Positions 40,239-51,239 of a DNA stretch of 64,000 nucleotides are shown in pieces. Source of the DNA: Povalibacter sp. (GTDB lineage Bacteria > Pseudomonadota > Gammaproteobacteria > Steroidobacterales > Steroidobacteraceae); assembly GCF_036520495.1 (NCBI RefSeq), contig NZ_DATDJO010000016.1, forward strand, positions 971 through 64,970, read 5' to 3'. A program made the translations under genes and the position numbers. Within the stretch, counting starts at the first letter, position 1, and each line of letters opens with the position of its first letter. The notes beneath the pieces are model-generated. The model was not told the DNA's origin. It did no database searches and worked only from the letters and a program-made list of their open reading frames with translations.

Positions 40239-41780
40239 TCAGTACGTTCCCGTCGCCACGAACTCTTCGCAGAGCTTCCTCAAGCTCGCGTCGACTTCCT
40301 TGCTCAGTTCCGGCTTGGCGTTGATGCCGTCGATCAACTCTTTGTAGTTGGTCTTGGCGAATGCCTGCAGTGCGACTTCGAAGGCGCCGACCTTCTTCAG
40401 GTCCACCTTGTCGAGGAAGCCGTTGTTCACGGCGTACAGCGACAGGGCCATTTCGGCGACCGACATCGGCGCGTACTGCTTCTGCTTCATGAGCTCGGTC
40501 GTGCGCTGACCGCGTTCGAGCTGGCTGCGGGTCGCCTGATCGAGATCGGAGGCGAACTGCGAGAAGGCCGCGAGTTCGCGGTACTGCGCGAGGGCGAGAC
40601 GGATACCGCCGCCGAGCTTCTTGATGATGCCGGTCTGTGCGGCGCCACCGACGCGCGACACCGAGATACCGGCGTTCATCGCAGGACGGATACCGGCGTT
40701 GAACAGATCGCCTTCGAGGAAGATCTGACCGTCGGTGATCGAGATCACGTTGGTCGGCACGAATGCCGTCACGTCACCCGCCTGGGTTTCGATGATCGGC
40801 AGGCCCGTGAGCGAGCCGGTCTTGCCCTTCACGCGGCCGTTGGTCTTCTTCTCCACATACTCTTCGTTGACGCGAGCGGAACGCTCGAGCAGACGCGAGT
40901 GCAGGTAGAACACGTCGCCGGGATACGCTTCGCGGCCCGGCGGGCGACGCAGCAGCAGCGAGATCTGGCGATAGGCCCAGGCCTGCTTGGTGAGATCGTC
41001 ATAGATGATCAGCGCGTCTTCGCCCTGGTCCATGAAGTACTCGCCCATCGTGCAGCCCGCGTACGGCGCGAGGTACTGCAGCGAAGCCGGCGTCGACGCG
41101 GAAGCGGCCACGATGATCGTGTGCTTCATCGCATCGTGTTCCTCGAGCTTGCGCACGACGTTGGCGATGGATGACTGCTTCTGGCCGATCGCGACGTAGA
41201 TGCACTTGATGCCGCTGTTCTTCTGGTTGATGATCGTGTCGATCGCCATCGCGGTCTTGCCGGTCTGACGGTCGCCGATGATCAGTTCGCGCTGGCCGCG
41301 GCCAACGGGGACCATCGCATCGACGGCCTTGTAACCGGTCTGCACCGGCTGGCTGACCGACTTGCGGAACACCACGCCCGGCGCAACACGCTCGATCGGC
41401 GCCTTCTGGGTGGTCGCGATCGGGCCCTTGCCGTCGATCGGGATACCGAGTGAGTCGACGACGCGACCCAGCAGGGCTTCGCCCACGGGCACTTCGAGGA
41501 TGCGACCGGTGGTCTTCACCGTGGCGCCTTCGGCGATGTGCTTGTATTCGCCCAGCACCACCGCGCCGACCGAATCCTGCTCGAGGTTCAGCGCCAGGCC
41601 GAAGCTGCCGCCGGGAAATTCGAGCATTTCGCCGTATTTCGCATCGGCGAGACCGTGAATGCGCACGATACCGTCCGTCACCGTGACGACGGTGCCGACG
41701 TTGCGCTCTTCGGTCGCGCTCGCGAACTTCTCGATGCGAGCCTTGATCAGGTCGCTGATTTCAGATGCCTTGATGGACAT
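40239..41780 (-). CDS. atpA: F1 ATP synthase alpha subunit
   Basis: Walker A GDRQTGKT. 513 aa, collinear with AtpA. Confidence 0.95.
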   Translation of the reverse strand: MSIKASEISDLIKARIEKFASATEERNVGTVVTVTDGIVRIHGLADAKYGEMLEFPGGSFGLALNLEQDSVGAVVLGEYKHIAEGATVKTTGRILEVPVGEALLGRVVDSLGIPIDGKGPIATTQKAPIERVAPGVVFRKSVSQPVQTGYKAVDAMVPVGRGQRELIIGDRQTGKTAMAIDTIINQKNSGIKCIYVAIGQKQSSIANVVRKLEEHDAMKHTIIVAASASTPASLQYLAPYAGCTMGEYFMDQGEDALIIYDDLTKQAWAYRQISLLLRRPPGREAYPGDVFYLHSRLLERSARVNEEYVEKKTNGRVKGKTGSLTGLPIIETQAGDVTAFVPTNVISITDGQIFLEGDLFNAGIRPAMNAGISVSRVGGAAQTGIIKKLGGGIRLALAQYRELAAFSQFASDLDQATRSQLERGQRTTELMKQKQYAPMSVAEMALSLYAVNNGFLDKVDLKKVGAFEVALQAFAKTNYKELIDGINAKPELSKEVDASLRKLCEEFVATGTY

Positions 41781-41879
41781 TGCCGCTTTCCTCGGTCCGC
41801 TATCTTGATGAAGCTCGGCACCCTATCGCCGTCACTTCTGAATACTTGTCGCGGCAGCGCTCAGGCGCTGCCCTCATGC

Positions 41880-42416
41880 TCAGTGAGCGAGCTCGCTGGC
41901 GAGACGCTCGAGACCTGCTTTCAGGGAACCATCGATGACCAGATCGCCGGAGCGCACGACCGCGCCGCCGAGCAATGCAGGATCGACCTCGCAGTGCAGA
42001 CGAACTTCGCGCTTCATACGCTTGCTCAACGCTGCGGAGAGCCGTTCGCGCTGTGCGTCGCTGAGCGCCACCGCAGACGTGATCTGCACGTCGGCGATGT
42101 TCTCGACGTCGGCGCGCAGGATCTCGTACATCGCTGCGATTTCCGGGAGCAGTCCGAGCCGGCGATTGTGTGCCAGCGTCTTCAGGAAGTTCTTCCCGTT
42201 CTCGTCCAGCGCGACGCCGGTGCTTTCGCCGATCAGCTCGACCAGTTGCGCCGGCGTGACCGCCGGGCTGGTCAACAGCCGCGCGACGCGCTCATCGGCA
42301 ACGACTGCCGAGGCATTGCCCAGCAGTTCTGACCACTTCGCCAATGCCTTCTGCTCCTGCGCGAAGCCAAAGGCAGCGCGGGCATAGGGCCGGGCGATTG
42401 TGACTTTCTCAGCCAT
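41880..42416 (-). CDS. atpH: F1 ATP synthase delta (OSCP) subunit
   Basis: MAEKVTIARPYARAAF... at the conserved position between atpF and atpA. Start trimmed to 42416. Confidence 0.85.
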   Translation of the reverse strand: MAEKVTIARPYARAAFGFAQEQKALAKWSELLGNASAVVADERVARLLTSPAVTPAQLVELIGESTGVALDENGKNFLKTLAHNRRLGLLPEIAAMYEILRADVENIADVQITSAVALSDAQRERLSAALSKRMKREVRLHCEVDPALLGGAVVRSGDLVIDGSLKAGLERLASELAH

Positions 42417-42432
42417 CGTTGCTCCGGTGCGG

Positions 42433-42912
42433 TCAGCCGCGTTCGATTTCGAGCGCCAGCTTGTCGAGCAGATCCGCGTGCGTACGCGCATCGATCTCGC
42501 GACCCAGCAGCTTGCTCGCGCCGCTCACTGCAATCGCAGCGACCTCTTTACTCAGTTCGGCGCGCGCGCGGTTCGAATCGAGTTCGACCTGCTCACGAGC
42601 CGAGCCAATGAGACGCTGACCTTCGGCGATCGCCGTGCCGCGCGCTTCCTCGACGAGCTCATTCGAGCGGCGGTTGGCCTGCTCGATGATCTTGCTCGCC
42701 TGGACATGCGCTTCCTTCAGCACGACCGTAGCGCCTGCCTTGGCCTCCGCGAGACTCTTGTCCGCTTTTTCGGCGGACGCCAGCCCGTCGGCGATCTTCT
42801 TGCGACGCTCGTCGATGGCTGCGATCAGCGGCGGCCAGATGAACTTCATCGTCACCCAGGACAAGATGAAGAACACCGCCAACTGCACGAACAGTGTTGC
42901 GTTCAGATTCAT
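42433..42912 (-). CDS. atpF: F0 ATP synthase b subunit
   Basis: Single N-terminal TM (NATLFVQLAVFFILSWVTMKFIWPP), then a long charged helix. Confidence 0.85.
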   Translation of the reverse strand: MNLNATLFVQLAVFFILSWVTMKFIWPPLIAAIDERRKKIADGLASAEKADKSLAEAKAGATVVLKEAHVQASKIIEQANRRSNELVEEARGTAIAEGQRLIGSAREQVELDSNRARAELSKEVAAIAVSGASKLLGREIDARTHADLLDKLALEIERG

Positions 42913-42983
42913 GGAAATTACTGCCTAAGCTGCAATCGACCTGCCGTCAGCGCGCACGCAGGGTTGCGGCGCGCCGAATGACT

Positions 42984-43262
<279 letters not shown>

Positions 43263-43281
43263 TCAGTGTTGAAAGAAAGCC

Positions 43282-44157
43282 TTAGTGATGCTCGTGCGCC
43301 TGGCCGATGTAGACCAGCGTCAGCATCATGAAAATGAATGCCTGCAGCAGGACGATCAGGATGTGGAAGATCGCCCACACCGTGCCTGTGAACAGGTGCA
43401 TACCGATGCCGAAAGCAGTCGCTGTGCCGCCCAGGCCGGCGATCAGGAAGAAGATCAGCTCGCCAGCATACATGTTGCCGAACAGACGCATGCCGTGTGA
43501 GAAGGTGTTGCCCACGTATTCGATGATGGTGAAGGCGATGTTGACCACGGCCAGCACCAGGAAGGCGATCCAGGTGAGCGGATTGCCCGTCAGCTTCACG
43601 TTGCCGAATGGTGCCGTGATCCACTGGTGCAGGAAGCCGCCGACGCCTTTCACCTTGAAGTTGTAATAGAACACCAGCAGCAACACGCCAACGGCGATGC
43701 CGAACGTGCCGTTGATATCAGCGGTCGGCAGCGGGCGCAGGTAGTCGATGTGGAAAATGTTGTGCGCGACCCAGGGGAACAGATCCACCGGAATCAGGTC
43801 GACTGCATTCATCATCGCAACCCAGACGAAGACCGTCAGGGCGAGCGGCGCGATGTAGCTGAGATTGCCATGCACCATGCCCTTGGCCTGTTCCTCGACG
43901 AACTCCACCAGCATTTCGACGAATGCCTGGAAGCGGCCGGGTACGCCCGAAGTGGCGCGACGCGCAGCGAAGAAGAACGGGATCAGGAAGAGAACGCCGC
44001 AAAGAATCGAGAAGAAGACGGTATCGAGGTGCAGGACATTGATGTCGAAGAGCCCGTCCTGGGTCTTCGAAGCCAGATGATGCAAGTGATGGGAGATATA
44101 GCCCGACATTCCGCCGGATTCGGTCCCGCCCTCGCTTGCCATCAACAGACTTTGCAT
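43282..44157 (-). CDS. atpB: F0 ATP synthase a subunit
   Basis: Conserved SHGMRLFGNMYAGE (essential Arg) and multiple TM segments. Confidence 0.9.
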   Translation of the reverse strand: MQSLLMASEGGTESGGMSGYISHHLHHLASKTQDGLFDINVLHLDTVFFSILCGVLFLIPFFFAARRATSGVPGRFQAFVEMLVEFVEEQAKGMVHGNLSYIAPLALTVFVWVAMMNAVDLIPVDLFPWVAHNIFHIDYLRPLPTADINGTFGIAVGVLLLVFYYNFKVKGVGGFLHQWITAPFGNVKLTGNPLTWIAFLVLAVVNIAFTIIEYVGNTFSHGMRLFGNMYAGELIFFLIAGLGGTATAFGIGMHLFTGTVWAIFHILIVLLQAFIFMMLTLVYIGQAHEHH

Positions 44158-44187
44158 GACTTACCCTTTAACTTCCCGAACCGCGGA

Positions 44188-44592
44188 CTACTTGCCCGTG
44201 GCTGATTTGTTCTGCGACAGCCCGAAGGCCAGACAGACCCAATACGCGATCAGTGCGCCGAACAATCCAGCGATCAACCCCAGTGGCGCCATCGCTGTGG
44301 AGCGAAAGGCGATCACCAGCAATCCAAACGTGACGACCAGCTTCACCAGCCAGGCCATCACAAAACTCGCGGCGCCCAGCTGCGCGCCATGATTCAGGCT
44401 GTGTCGAAACAGCGTAAAGGCCATGTAGGCCGTCCACAGCAGCCCGATGCCACCGCCTGCCAGTACCGACCATCCGGCGCGCGCGCCGAACACTGCGCCG
44501 CCGATGGCTGCCATCGCGACGACCCCGGCCAGCTGCCACAGCAGGATCCTCACGGACTGGCGTGCCGCGCTGCCCAGAGAGTTGTTGCTCAT
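44188..44592 (-). CDS. atpI: ATP synthase protein I
   Basis: 134-aa four-helix hydrophobic protein at the first position of the atp operon. Confidence 0.6.
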   Translation of the reverse strand: MSNNSLGSAARQSVRILLWQLAGVVAMAAIGGAVFGARAGWSVLAGGGIGLLWTAYMAFTLFRHSLNHGAQLGAASFVMAWLVKLVVTFGLLVIAFRSTAMAPLGLIAGLFGALIAYWVCLAFGLSQNKSATGK

Positions 44593-44903
44593 GACCTTGC
44601 CCTGAGCCTCTCTGCGGACACCGCCCCGACTACGACGCCCATCTGATCGACGGACAACAAAAATGCCACTGCGTGGACCGATGTGTCGGCGACGTGTGGC
44701 ATTACGACGAACCCACCCCCGACCGAAGTTTACTCGGCCGGAAAAGGCGGCGGATTATACGCAGCGTTTTGCAGTGCTTCAAGAAATCACAGCCGGCATT
44801 TCGCGACAACCTGCATTCGCACCTGCCGCACCGCGTGAGATCCCCGCCGCAGGCCTGACTCGCCGACGTACGTGGGGAAATTTTTGCCGGAACTGGCGAT
44901 GGA

Positions 44904-47207
44904 CTACAGGCGATAGCTGAACTTGATCAGAAACTGGTCGGAGCTCCGGACCTCATCCATATCCCTGAACAACTGCCCGACCTCGCGATCGTCGTCATTC
45001 AGCAGATCAAAACCGCCGCGGGCATATACCACATAGATGTCGGACTGCGGGGCAAATGAGTATCGATAGCGCAGTTGCACGCCCAGACTGTTGACGGAGA
45101 ACGGTTCGAGAACGGTGGCAGTGCGCTGCAGGACACCGTCGGCGTCAGTCTGCCAGGCCTGGCGCGCATCGGCCGCGATGCCGATCCACTGCCAGCGCAG
45201 TCGCAGTTCATGACGAAGCGCGGGAATCCAGTCGAGGCGAAAGTCGAGATCGAGGCGGGGCGCGCGATAGGTGCCGAAGTCGTTGTCCTGCAGCCAGAGC
45301 AACCAGTCATCGGTGTATTGGGGCTTCAGGTCCAGCCGCAGCGTCAGCCGCTCGATCGGATACCACGCCGCCGTCAACTGCAGCCAGCCGGAGTAGTCCT
45401 CGATGCCCTGCTGGAACAGATAACCACCGAAAACGAACTGCCATGCGCCCAGTCGCGGCGAGGTGAAGTCCGCATACGCGCTGTAACGCGTATCGAGCAT
45501 CACGGGGCCGTTGCCGCGCGAGATCAGATCATCGATACCGCGCGGGATCACCCGCAATTCCTCATAGGCGAGCCAGCGGCTGCGAAAGTTCACTTCCCGT
45601 ATCAGCTGGATGCGCGACTGCAGGCGCTCGCCCGCGTCGTTCTCGCGATACTGCAGGTGCAGCTCCTGGGTTTCACCATTCACGCGACCGTTGGACGGAG
45701 CGAGCCGCCGCAGCGCCACCCACTCGGCCTGCCGCAGTGAATTGCGCTCCATGTAGCCGAGATCGTTGAGATCGAATTCATCGTCGATGTACAGCAAGGT
45801 CAGCGTGTGCGAGAGGGGCGCGGACCGATTGAAGTCCGTCTGTACCCACGCCTGATAGCCATCGGAGCGCACGCCCCCGGCGTTGATGTCACTGCGAATC
45901 ACCTGACCTGCAACGCGCCACCAGTCGTTCGGCGTCAGGTCATAGTCGAGCGCGTTGACGGCCGCCTCGCGATCGAGGAGCGGACGATCGGTCCAGCTGC
46001 CGAGGTAGCCGACACGTCCGACGGGAAGCGTCACGCGCGCCCGCGCCGCGCCGAATAATCTGCCGCTACCATCCTCGTACTCATGCTCCTGCGCGGCAAA
46101 GGTCCCGTAGTCGAGCGAGCCTGCGCTGCCCGAAATCTTCAGGGCCGCATCGATATCGCTGGACCCGGCACTGCCATCGTCCGGAGCCGCGCCAACGCGT
46201 CGCGTATAGATGAGCTGGCCGTTGGCGGGTGTCGCGAGCGCGAACAGGTTCTGGTTCTCGGTGAAGAAGGGACGCTTGTCCGTGAACACGGTTTCGACCG
46301 CAGAGAAGTCGACGACCAGTTCGTCGCTCTCGACCTGCCCGAAGTCCGGATTCACGGTGGCGGTCAGCCAGAAGTGCGGCGATGGCTTCCAGCTGACATC
46401 GACACCGGCTTTCGTATCGACCGAATCGCTCCGGTTGTCGCGCACGACCGTGAGGTAAGGCACGACGTCGAGCGCCGCGGCGGCGCTGTATTGCGCTACT
46501 TCGATACGACGGAAATCGGCCAGGAACGCCGGCGAATCGACGGAGATGCCAGGACAGGCATCGCGCTCGTTGCGGTCGAACAGATAGCGCGTCGCATATA
46601 CACCGATCTCACGCATCGGCTTGCTGGTGGGCCGCATGTTCACGGCCTGCCACGGCACCAGGATCTCGACGAACCATTGATCCCCGGTTTCACGGATGGC
46701 GTGTTGCCAGGTGCCGTCCCAGTCGCGGTTGAATTCGTTCTGATTCGTGATGGTGCCATCACGTACGCCGCCGCCCAAGCCGACGGAAAACTCGTAGCCC
46801 ACCTGTCCCGTGGCATCGAAGTCGATCATGAGACTGACGGAGTCACCGGCCAGCGCTTCGGAATCGCGCGGTGTGCGAGGCTTGATGCGCCGCTCGCCCG
46901 GCGGCTGATCGATGGTGAATGCGGCTGCAAGTCCCTCAGGGGTTGCAACGATGCGCACGTCATTGGGGTAGCGCGGTTCGACGCGCGCAAACGGTTCGGT
47001 ACGCCGCCATTGACCGCAGGTCACGGCCTGCTGCCATTCGACCTCATCGAATTGACCGTCGGCCTGGATCGCGCCCAGAGCCAGGGAGGGCAGCAAAGCG
47101 GCTGTATACAGTGCGATTGCGCCGCAGAGATTCGTTCGAGTTATGGTAACGGCGAGCGCGTCGATTACGAACCGCGCGAATGGCATTTCGCAAACGCTTC
47201 CCTGCAA
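44904..47207 (-). CDS. Large exported protein, CBM9/DOMON-like N-domain plus DUF5916-like beta-rich body
   Basis: N-terminal signal-like segment. ADGQFDEVEWQQA...VRIVATPEGLAAAFT resembles a CBM9-like module. The long Tyr/Asp/Arg-rich beta body ends ...LIKFSYRL. Assignment is from memory of the family. Confidence 0.5.
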   Translation of the reverse strand: MQGSVCEMPFARFVIDALAVTITRTNLCGAIALYTAALLPSLALGAIQADGQFDEVEWQQAVTCGQWRRTEPFARVEPRYPNDVRIVATPEGLAAAFTIDQPPGERRIKPRTPRDSEALAGDSVSLMIDFDATGQVGYEFSVGLGGGVRDGTITNQNEFNRDWDGTWQHAIRETGDQWFVEILVPWQAVNMRPTSKPMREIGVYATRYLFDRNERDACPGISVDSPAFLADFRRIEVAQYSAAAALDVVPYLTVVRDNRSDSVDTKAGVDVSWKPSPHFWLTATVNPDFGQVESDELVVDFSAVETVFTDKRPFFTENQNLFALATPANGQLIYTRRVGAAPDDGSAGSSDIDAALKISGSAGSLDYGTFAAQEHEYEDGSGRLFGAARARVTLPVGRVGYLGSWTDRPLLDREAAVNALDYDLTPNDWWRVAGQVIRSDINAGGVRSDGYQAWVQTDFNRSAPLSHTLTLLYIDDEFDLNDLGYMERNSLRQAEWVALRRLAPSNGRVNGETQELHLQYRENDAGERLQSRIQLIREVNFRSRWLAYEELRVIPRGIDDLISRGNGPVMLDTRYSAYADFTSPRLGAWQFVFGGYLFQQGIEDYSGWLQLTAAWYPIERLTLRLDLKPQYTDDWLLWLQDNDFGTYRAPRLDLDFRLDWIPALRHELRLRWQWIGIAADARQAWQTDADGVLQRTATVLEPFSVNSLGVQLRYRYSFAPQSDIYVVYARGGFDLLNDDDREVGQLFRDMDEVRSSDQFLIKFSYRL

Positions 47208-47230
47208 GTGCTCATCCGTGCGTCCTCGAA

Positions 47231-48133
47231 CTAGCGAATGTGACCGATGATACCGTCGAGTTCGTCGAGCGAGTGATAGGTGATCACCAGTTTGCCCTTG
47301 CCCGACCCGGAATGCTGCACCTGCACCTTGGCGCCAAGCTTATCGGAGAGGTCGCCCTCGAGCTTGCGGATGTTCGGATCTGCCTTCGGCGCGGGCGCCG
47401 ATCCCTGCGGACCCGCGATCATGCGGCGCACGAGCGCTTCGGTTTCACGCACTGACAATTTCTTGTTCGCAACCTGCGCGGCAACTTCGGCCTGCTGTCG
47501 CTTGTTCTCCAGCCCCAGCAACGCGCGTGCGTGGCCCATTTCCAGTTCGCCGCGCTCGACAAGCCCTTTCGCTTCGTCGCACAGATCGAGCAGTCGCAGC
47601 AGATTCGACACCGTGGCACGCGAACGACCGACCGCTTCGGCGGCTGTCGCATGCGTCATGTCGAACTCGGAGATCAGTCGTCCCAGCGCACGCGCTTCTT
47701 CCAGCGGATTCAGGTCCTCGCGCTGAATGTTTTCGATCAGGGCCATCGCCACCGCGGCTTCATCGCCCACGCGACGGACGATCGCAGGGATTTCGTGCAG
47801 GCCTGCGAGCTGCGCGGCGCGCCAGCGACGTTCGCCCGCGATGATCTCGTAGCGACGCGGTTGCCCCGGTTGCGGATCGCCCAGAGGACGCACGAGGATG
47901 GGTTGAATCAGTCCCTGCGCCTTGATCGACTGGGCCAGCTCCTGCAGCGTGTCCATGTGCATATCGATGCGCGGCTGATATTTGCCGCGCTGGAGCAGAT
48001 CGACAGGTAGTTTCAGCAGTTCTTCGTCGGGGCGCAGCTGCGCTACCGCAGGCGCTGCGGCGTTATCGACGGCTGCAGGCTGACCGAGTAAGGCGCCGAG
48101 TCCGCGACCGAGGCTGGGACGTTTGGTGGACAT
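47231..48133 (-). CDS. parB: Chromosome partitioning protein ParB
   Basis: GLIQPILVRP..., YEIIAGERRWRAA, HTH, and C-terminal KGKLVITYHSLDELD. Confidence 0.9.
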   Translation of the reverse strand: MSTKRPSLGRGLGALLGQPAAVDNAAAPAVAQLRPDEELLKLPVDLLQRGKYQPRIDMHMDTLQELAQSIKAQGLIQPILVRPLGDPQPGQPRRYEIIAGERRWRAAQLAGLHEIPAIVRRVGDEAAVAMALIENIQREDLNPLEEARALGRLISEFDMTHATAAEAVGRSRATVSNLLRLLDLCDEAKGLVERGELEMGHARALLGLENKRQQAEVAAQVANKKLSVRETEALVRRMIAGPQGSAPAPKADPNIRKLEGDLSDKLGAKVQVQHSGSGKGKLVITYHSLDELDGIIGHIR

Positions 48134-48143
48134 GGGTTCTAGA

Positions 48144-48278
48144 GGCCGACTGGCGTACTGGCCGACTGGTCAACTGGCCAGACGAGAGAATGAACTGACG
48201 AAACGAACGTGGCACTGCGGCAGTCTGCCGCGTCTCTGCTCTGGCCGATTGGCCAGTAGGCCGGTTGGCCGGCTGGCC
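48144..48278. repeat. Family B copy 4 (parA|parB)
   Basis: GGCCGACTGGCGTACTGGCCGACTGGTCAACTGGCCAG ... CTGGCCGATTGGCCAGTAGGCCGGTTGGCCGGCTGGCC. Confidence 0.85.
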
Positions 48279-48284
48279 ACCTTC

Positions 48285-49088
48285 TCATGTTCCCACCGCA
48301 CCGACGCTCGGCGTCGTCGCTTCGTCCTCGGACCTGCGGATCATCTCGCCGGCGAGCGCGAGATACGCGAGCGCGCCGCGGGATTCGCGGTCGAAATACA
48401 GCGCGGGCTTGCCAAAGCTCGGCGCTTCCGCGAGCCGCACGTTGCGCGGAATGATGGTGCGGAACACACGGCCAGGAAAATGCTCCGTCAGCTGTGCCGA
48501 AACTTCGTTGGCGAGATTGTTTCGCGGATCGAACATGGTGCGCAGGATGCCGTGAATCTCCAGGCGCGGATTGGGACCGGCCTTGATCTGCTCGATGGTG
48601 CCCACCAGGGCAGTCAGACCTTCGAGTGCGTAGTACTCACACTGCATCGGGATCAGCACGCCATCAGCGGCGACCAATGCGTTGAGCGTCAGCATGTTGA
48701 GCGAAGGCGGGCAGTCGATCAGCACGATGTCGAACTGCTCCAGCATCGGTTGCAGGGCGTCGCGCAGCCGCGTTTCGCAGCCGGGTTTACCCATCAGCTC
48801 GACTTCGGCCGCCACGAGATCCTGATTGGCGGGCAGCAGCTTGAAATCCGAGTAGTCGACCGACACGAGCGCCGAATTGATGTCGCAGTCGCCCAGCAAT
48901 ACGTCCGTCGTCGTTAGTTCCACGGTGCGTTTGTCGACGCCACAACCCATGGTCGCATTGCCCTGCGGATCGCAATCGATCAGCAGCACGCGCCGCTTCG
49001 TCGCGGCGAGCGACGCTGCGAGATTCACACTCGTCGTCGTCTTGCCGACGCCGCCTTTCTGATTGGTGATGGCGAGAATGCGGTGCAT
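48285..49088 (-). CDS. parA: Chromosome partitioning ATPase ParA/Soj
   Basis: Deviant Walker A NQKGGVGKTT. LLIDCDPQGNAT. Confidence 0.9.
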   Translation of the reverse strand: MHRILAITNQKGGVGKTTTSVNLAASLAATKRRVLLIDCDPQGNATMGCGVDKRTVELTTTDVLLGDCDINSALVSVDYSDFKLLPANQDLVAAEVELMGKPGCETRLRDALQPMLEQFDIVLIDCPPSLNMLTLNALVAADGVLIPMQCEYYALEGLTALVGTIEQIKAGPNPRLEIHGILRTMFDPRNNLANEVSAQLTEHFPGRVFRTIIPRNVRLAEAPSFGKPALYFDRESRGALAYLALAGEMIRRSEDEATTPSVGAVGT

Positions 49089-49095
49089 GAGTAGT

Positions 49096-49255
49096 GGCCG
49101 ACTGGCTTGCTGGCTAACGGGTCGGCTGCCCGGACAAAGAGATGATCATCGGACGGATCCCTGAATGAATTAGGTGAGATGCGGGCGAGACGTATTCGCG
49201 AGAGGGCGGAACTCTATTCCGCCCAGCTGCCAGTTGGCCAGCTTGCCAGTTGGCC
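49096..49255. repeat. Family B copy 5 (rsmG|parA)
   Basis: GGCCGACTGGCTTGCTGGCTAACGGGTCGGC ... GCTGCCAGTTGGCCAGCTTGCCAGTTGGCC. The spacer has an extra hairpin, GGGCGGAactctatTCCGCCC. Confidence 0.75.
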
Positions 49256-49887
49256 TAGACTTTGTCGTGCGAGCGGCAGATTTCCACAAGATGCCGCTCT
49301 TCGTCCAGACCGGGAACCTCAAGTCGATGGATCGCCGCGACTTTCCAGCCATTCGGCAGTTGCCTGACTTCCTCGTCAGGGGATTTGCCCTTCATCGCCA
49401 GTAGTCGCCCGCCGCCGACAGCGAGATGGCCCGCCCATTTGACGAACTGCACCACCGGCCCGACCGCGCGTGACACGACCACATCGAATCGTTCCTCGGG
49501 ACGAAAATCTTCCGCGCGCGTATGCACCGTGACGATGTTGCTCAAGTCGAGCAGTTGCGCGACGTGGTCGATGAACTTCAATTTCTTGGCGGTCGAGTCC
49601 ACCAGCGTGAATTGCAGTTCCGGATTGACGATTGCCAGCGGAATGCCGGGAAACCCCGCACCCGTGCCGACATCGCATACGCGCGAACCGCGCAGATACG
49701 GCTGAATCGACAGGCTGTCCAGCAAATGCTTGGTGATCTGCGCGGATCGCTCACGAATCGCCGTGAGATTCATGCGCTGATTCCAGTCGTCGAGCTCATC
49801 GAGCAGGCGCAGCAGCCTCGCGGCCTGGTCATCGCTCAGTGCAATGCCCAGTTGGTTCGCGCCTGCGGTGAGAGCGACGGAGTTCAT
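49255..49887 (-). CDS. rsmG: 16S rRNA (guanine527-N7)-methyltransferase
   Basis: W..R.NLT.I....... HLLDSL, SAM motif DVGTGAGFPGIPLAI. Directly upstream of parAB. Confidence 0.9.
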   Translation of the reverse strand: MNSVALTAGANQLGIALSDDQAARLLRLLDELDDWNQRMNLTAIRERSAQITKHLLDSLSIQPYLRGSRVCDVGTGAGFPGIPLAIVNPELQFTLVDSTAKKLKFIDHVAQLLDLSNIVTVHTRAEDFRPEERFDVVVSRAVGPVVQFVKWAGHLAVGGGRLLAMKGKSPDEEVRQLPNGWKVAAIHRLEVPGLDEERHLVEICRSHDKV

Positions 49888-50045
49888 GAATTCGACGGGG
49901 AAAATTTCACGCGAGAGATCACTCGAAGTGCACAGAGGTTGGGGAATCCGGACTCAGACACTCTGTGACCGCTCCATGATGGCGTCAGGGAGCCGGCCTC
50001 CGGTGGAAAGCACGCCCTGCGCGGATACGCAGGGCGCGCGTCAGA

Positions 50046-50678
50046 TCACTTCTGGCTGCACTTGCCGTGCTTGCGAATCTCTTCCGTGCCGCACAGTCCC
50101 TTCTGCTGCGCGAAGAACTGGGCGAGGGCGTCAAAGTCCTTTTCATCCACGCCCGCGATGATGCCGGCCATGATCGGGTTCTTGCGCTTGCCGCTCTTGT
50201 AATCCTTCAGAGCATGCACGAGGTAGTTCGCGTACTGGCCTGCCAGCACCGGATAGTCGTCCGAGAGCGGCTTGGCGCCATTGGCGCCGTGGCACTGCAC
50301 GCAGGTCTGCGTCGCTGGCGGCGGCGTACCGATCACGTCGGCCTCCGGATTGGCGCCTTCGGCATGCAGGAAGGCGGCAATATCTTCGCGATCCTGCGCC
50401 GACAGGCTCACTGCCTGCGAACGCATGGTCGGATGGGAGCGTTCGCCCGACGCGTATTCCGCCAGGGCGACCGAAATGTATTTCAGGCTCTGGTTGCCCA
50501 GGCGCGGGACGGTAAAGCTGGGCCAGGCGTTCCTGTAGTTGGGAATACCGTGGCAGCCGTGGCAGGTGTAGGCGAGCGTCTTGCCGTTCTCCACATTTCC
50601 TTCGGCAGTCGCACCGGCGCTCATGGCGATCGCGATTGCACCCAGGCCGAGCGCCAGCAGGGTCGGTCGAAACTTCAT
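50046..50678 (-). CDS. Di-haem cytochrome c4
   Basis: Signal peptide plus two CxxCH sites (CHGCHG, CVQCHG), each with a distal Met region. Start trimmed to MKFRPTLL, which has a strong SD GGAGACGAGGA. Confidence 0.85.
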   Translation of the reverse strand: MKFRPTLLALGLGAIAIAMSAGATAEGNVENGKTLAYTCHGCHGIPNYRNAWPSFTVPRLGNQSLKYISVALAEYASGERSHPTMRSQAVSLSAQDREDIAAFLHAEGANPEADVIGTPPPATQTCVQCHGANGAKPLSDDYPVLAGQYANYLVHALKDYKSGKRKNPIMAGIIAGVDEKDFDALAQFFAQQKGLCGTEEIRKHGKCSQK

Positions 50679-50925
50679 TCCTCGTCTCCGCACTTTCTTG
50701 AGCAAATTCTTGCGCTGCCGGCGTAGGCCAGGGGGTTACCGGTCAGCGGGGGGGCGCAATGGTAGCCCGCGATATTGTTCATGAATAGCGCCAATTCACG
50801 GGTTTACGTCAGGTTTCCCATGAATCCGGCCGCTTGCGGCTCACATCCACGGGGTGGCTCGGCTATACTTTTCGCGCTCCCGGCACTCACCGGGCGTCTC
50901 TCCCGCTCCCCGTCTGAGGTTTCGC

Positions 50926-51213
50926 ATGGCCCGCATCACTGTCGAAGACTGCCTGCAGCACGTCCCGAACCTGTTCCAGCTGATCATGGTTGCAGCCAAG
51001 CGTGCGCGCAAGCTGGCCAATGGCGCAGAACCCACGGTGGACAGCGAGAACGACAAGGTGACCGTCGTGGCCTTGCGCGAGATCGCCGCCGGTCATATCG
51101 GCCCGGAAATTCTGGAAGAGGTCGAACAGCGACCGATGCCGGAAATGATGCCGGACGCCGACATGATGATGTCTGGCGAGATCCGCGCGCCGCACCTCGG
51201 GCTGGGGGATTGA
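50926..51213 (+). CDS. rpoZ: RNA polymerase omega subunit
   Basis: [10 protein letters not shown]....N.F.L...AAKRAR.L. Start trimmed to 50926. Confidence 0.9.
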   Translation: MARITVEDCLQHVPNLFQLIMVAAKRARKLANGAEPTVDSENDKVTVVALREIAAGHIGPEILEEVEQRPMPEMMPDADMMMSGEIRAPHLGLGD

Positions 51214-51239
51214 CCGGCCACTGAGATTCCCCGCCGGCC

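Noticed and set aside
47441-47456. parS-like site inside the 3' part of parB (GGTTTCACGCACTGAC)
   Set aside because: Only one half-site (GTTTCAC) matches the TGTTNCACGTGAAACA consensus. The second half is unrelated, so I do not call it parS.
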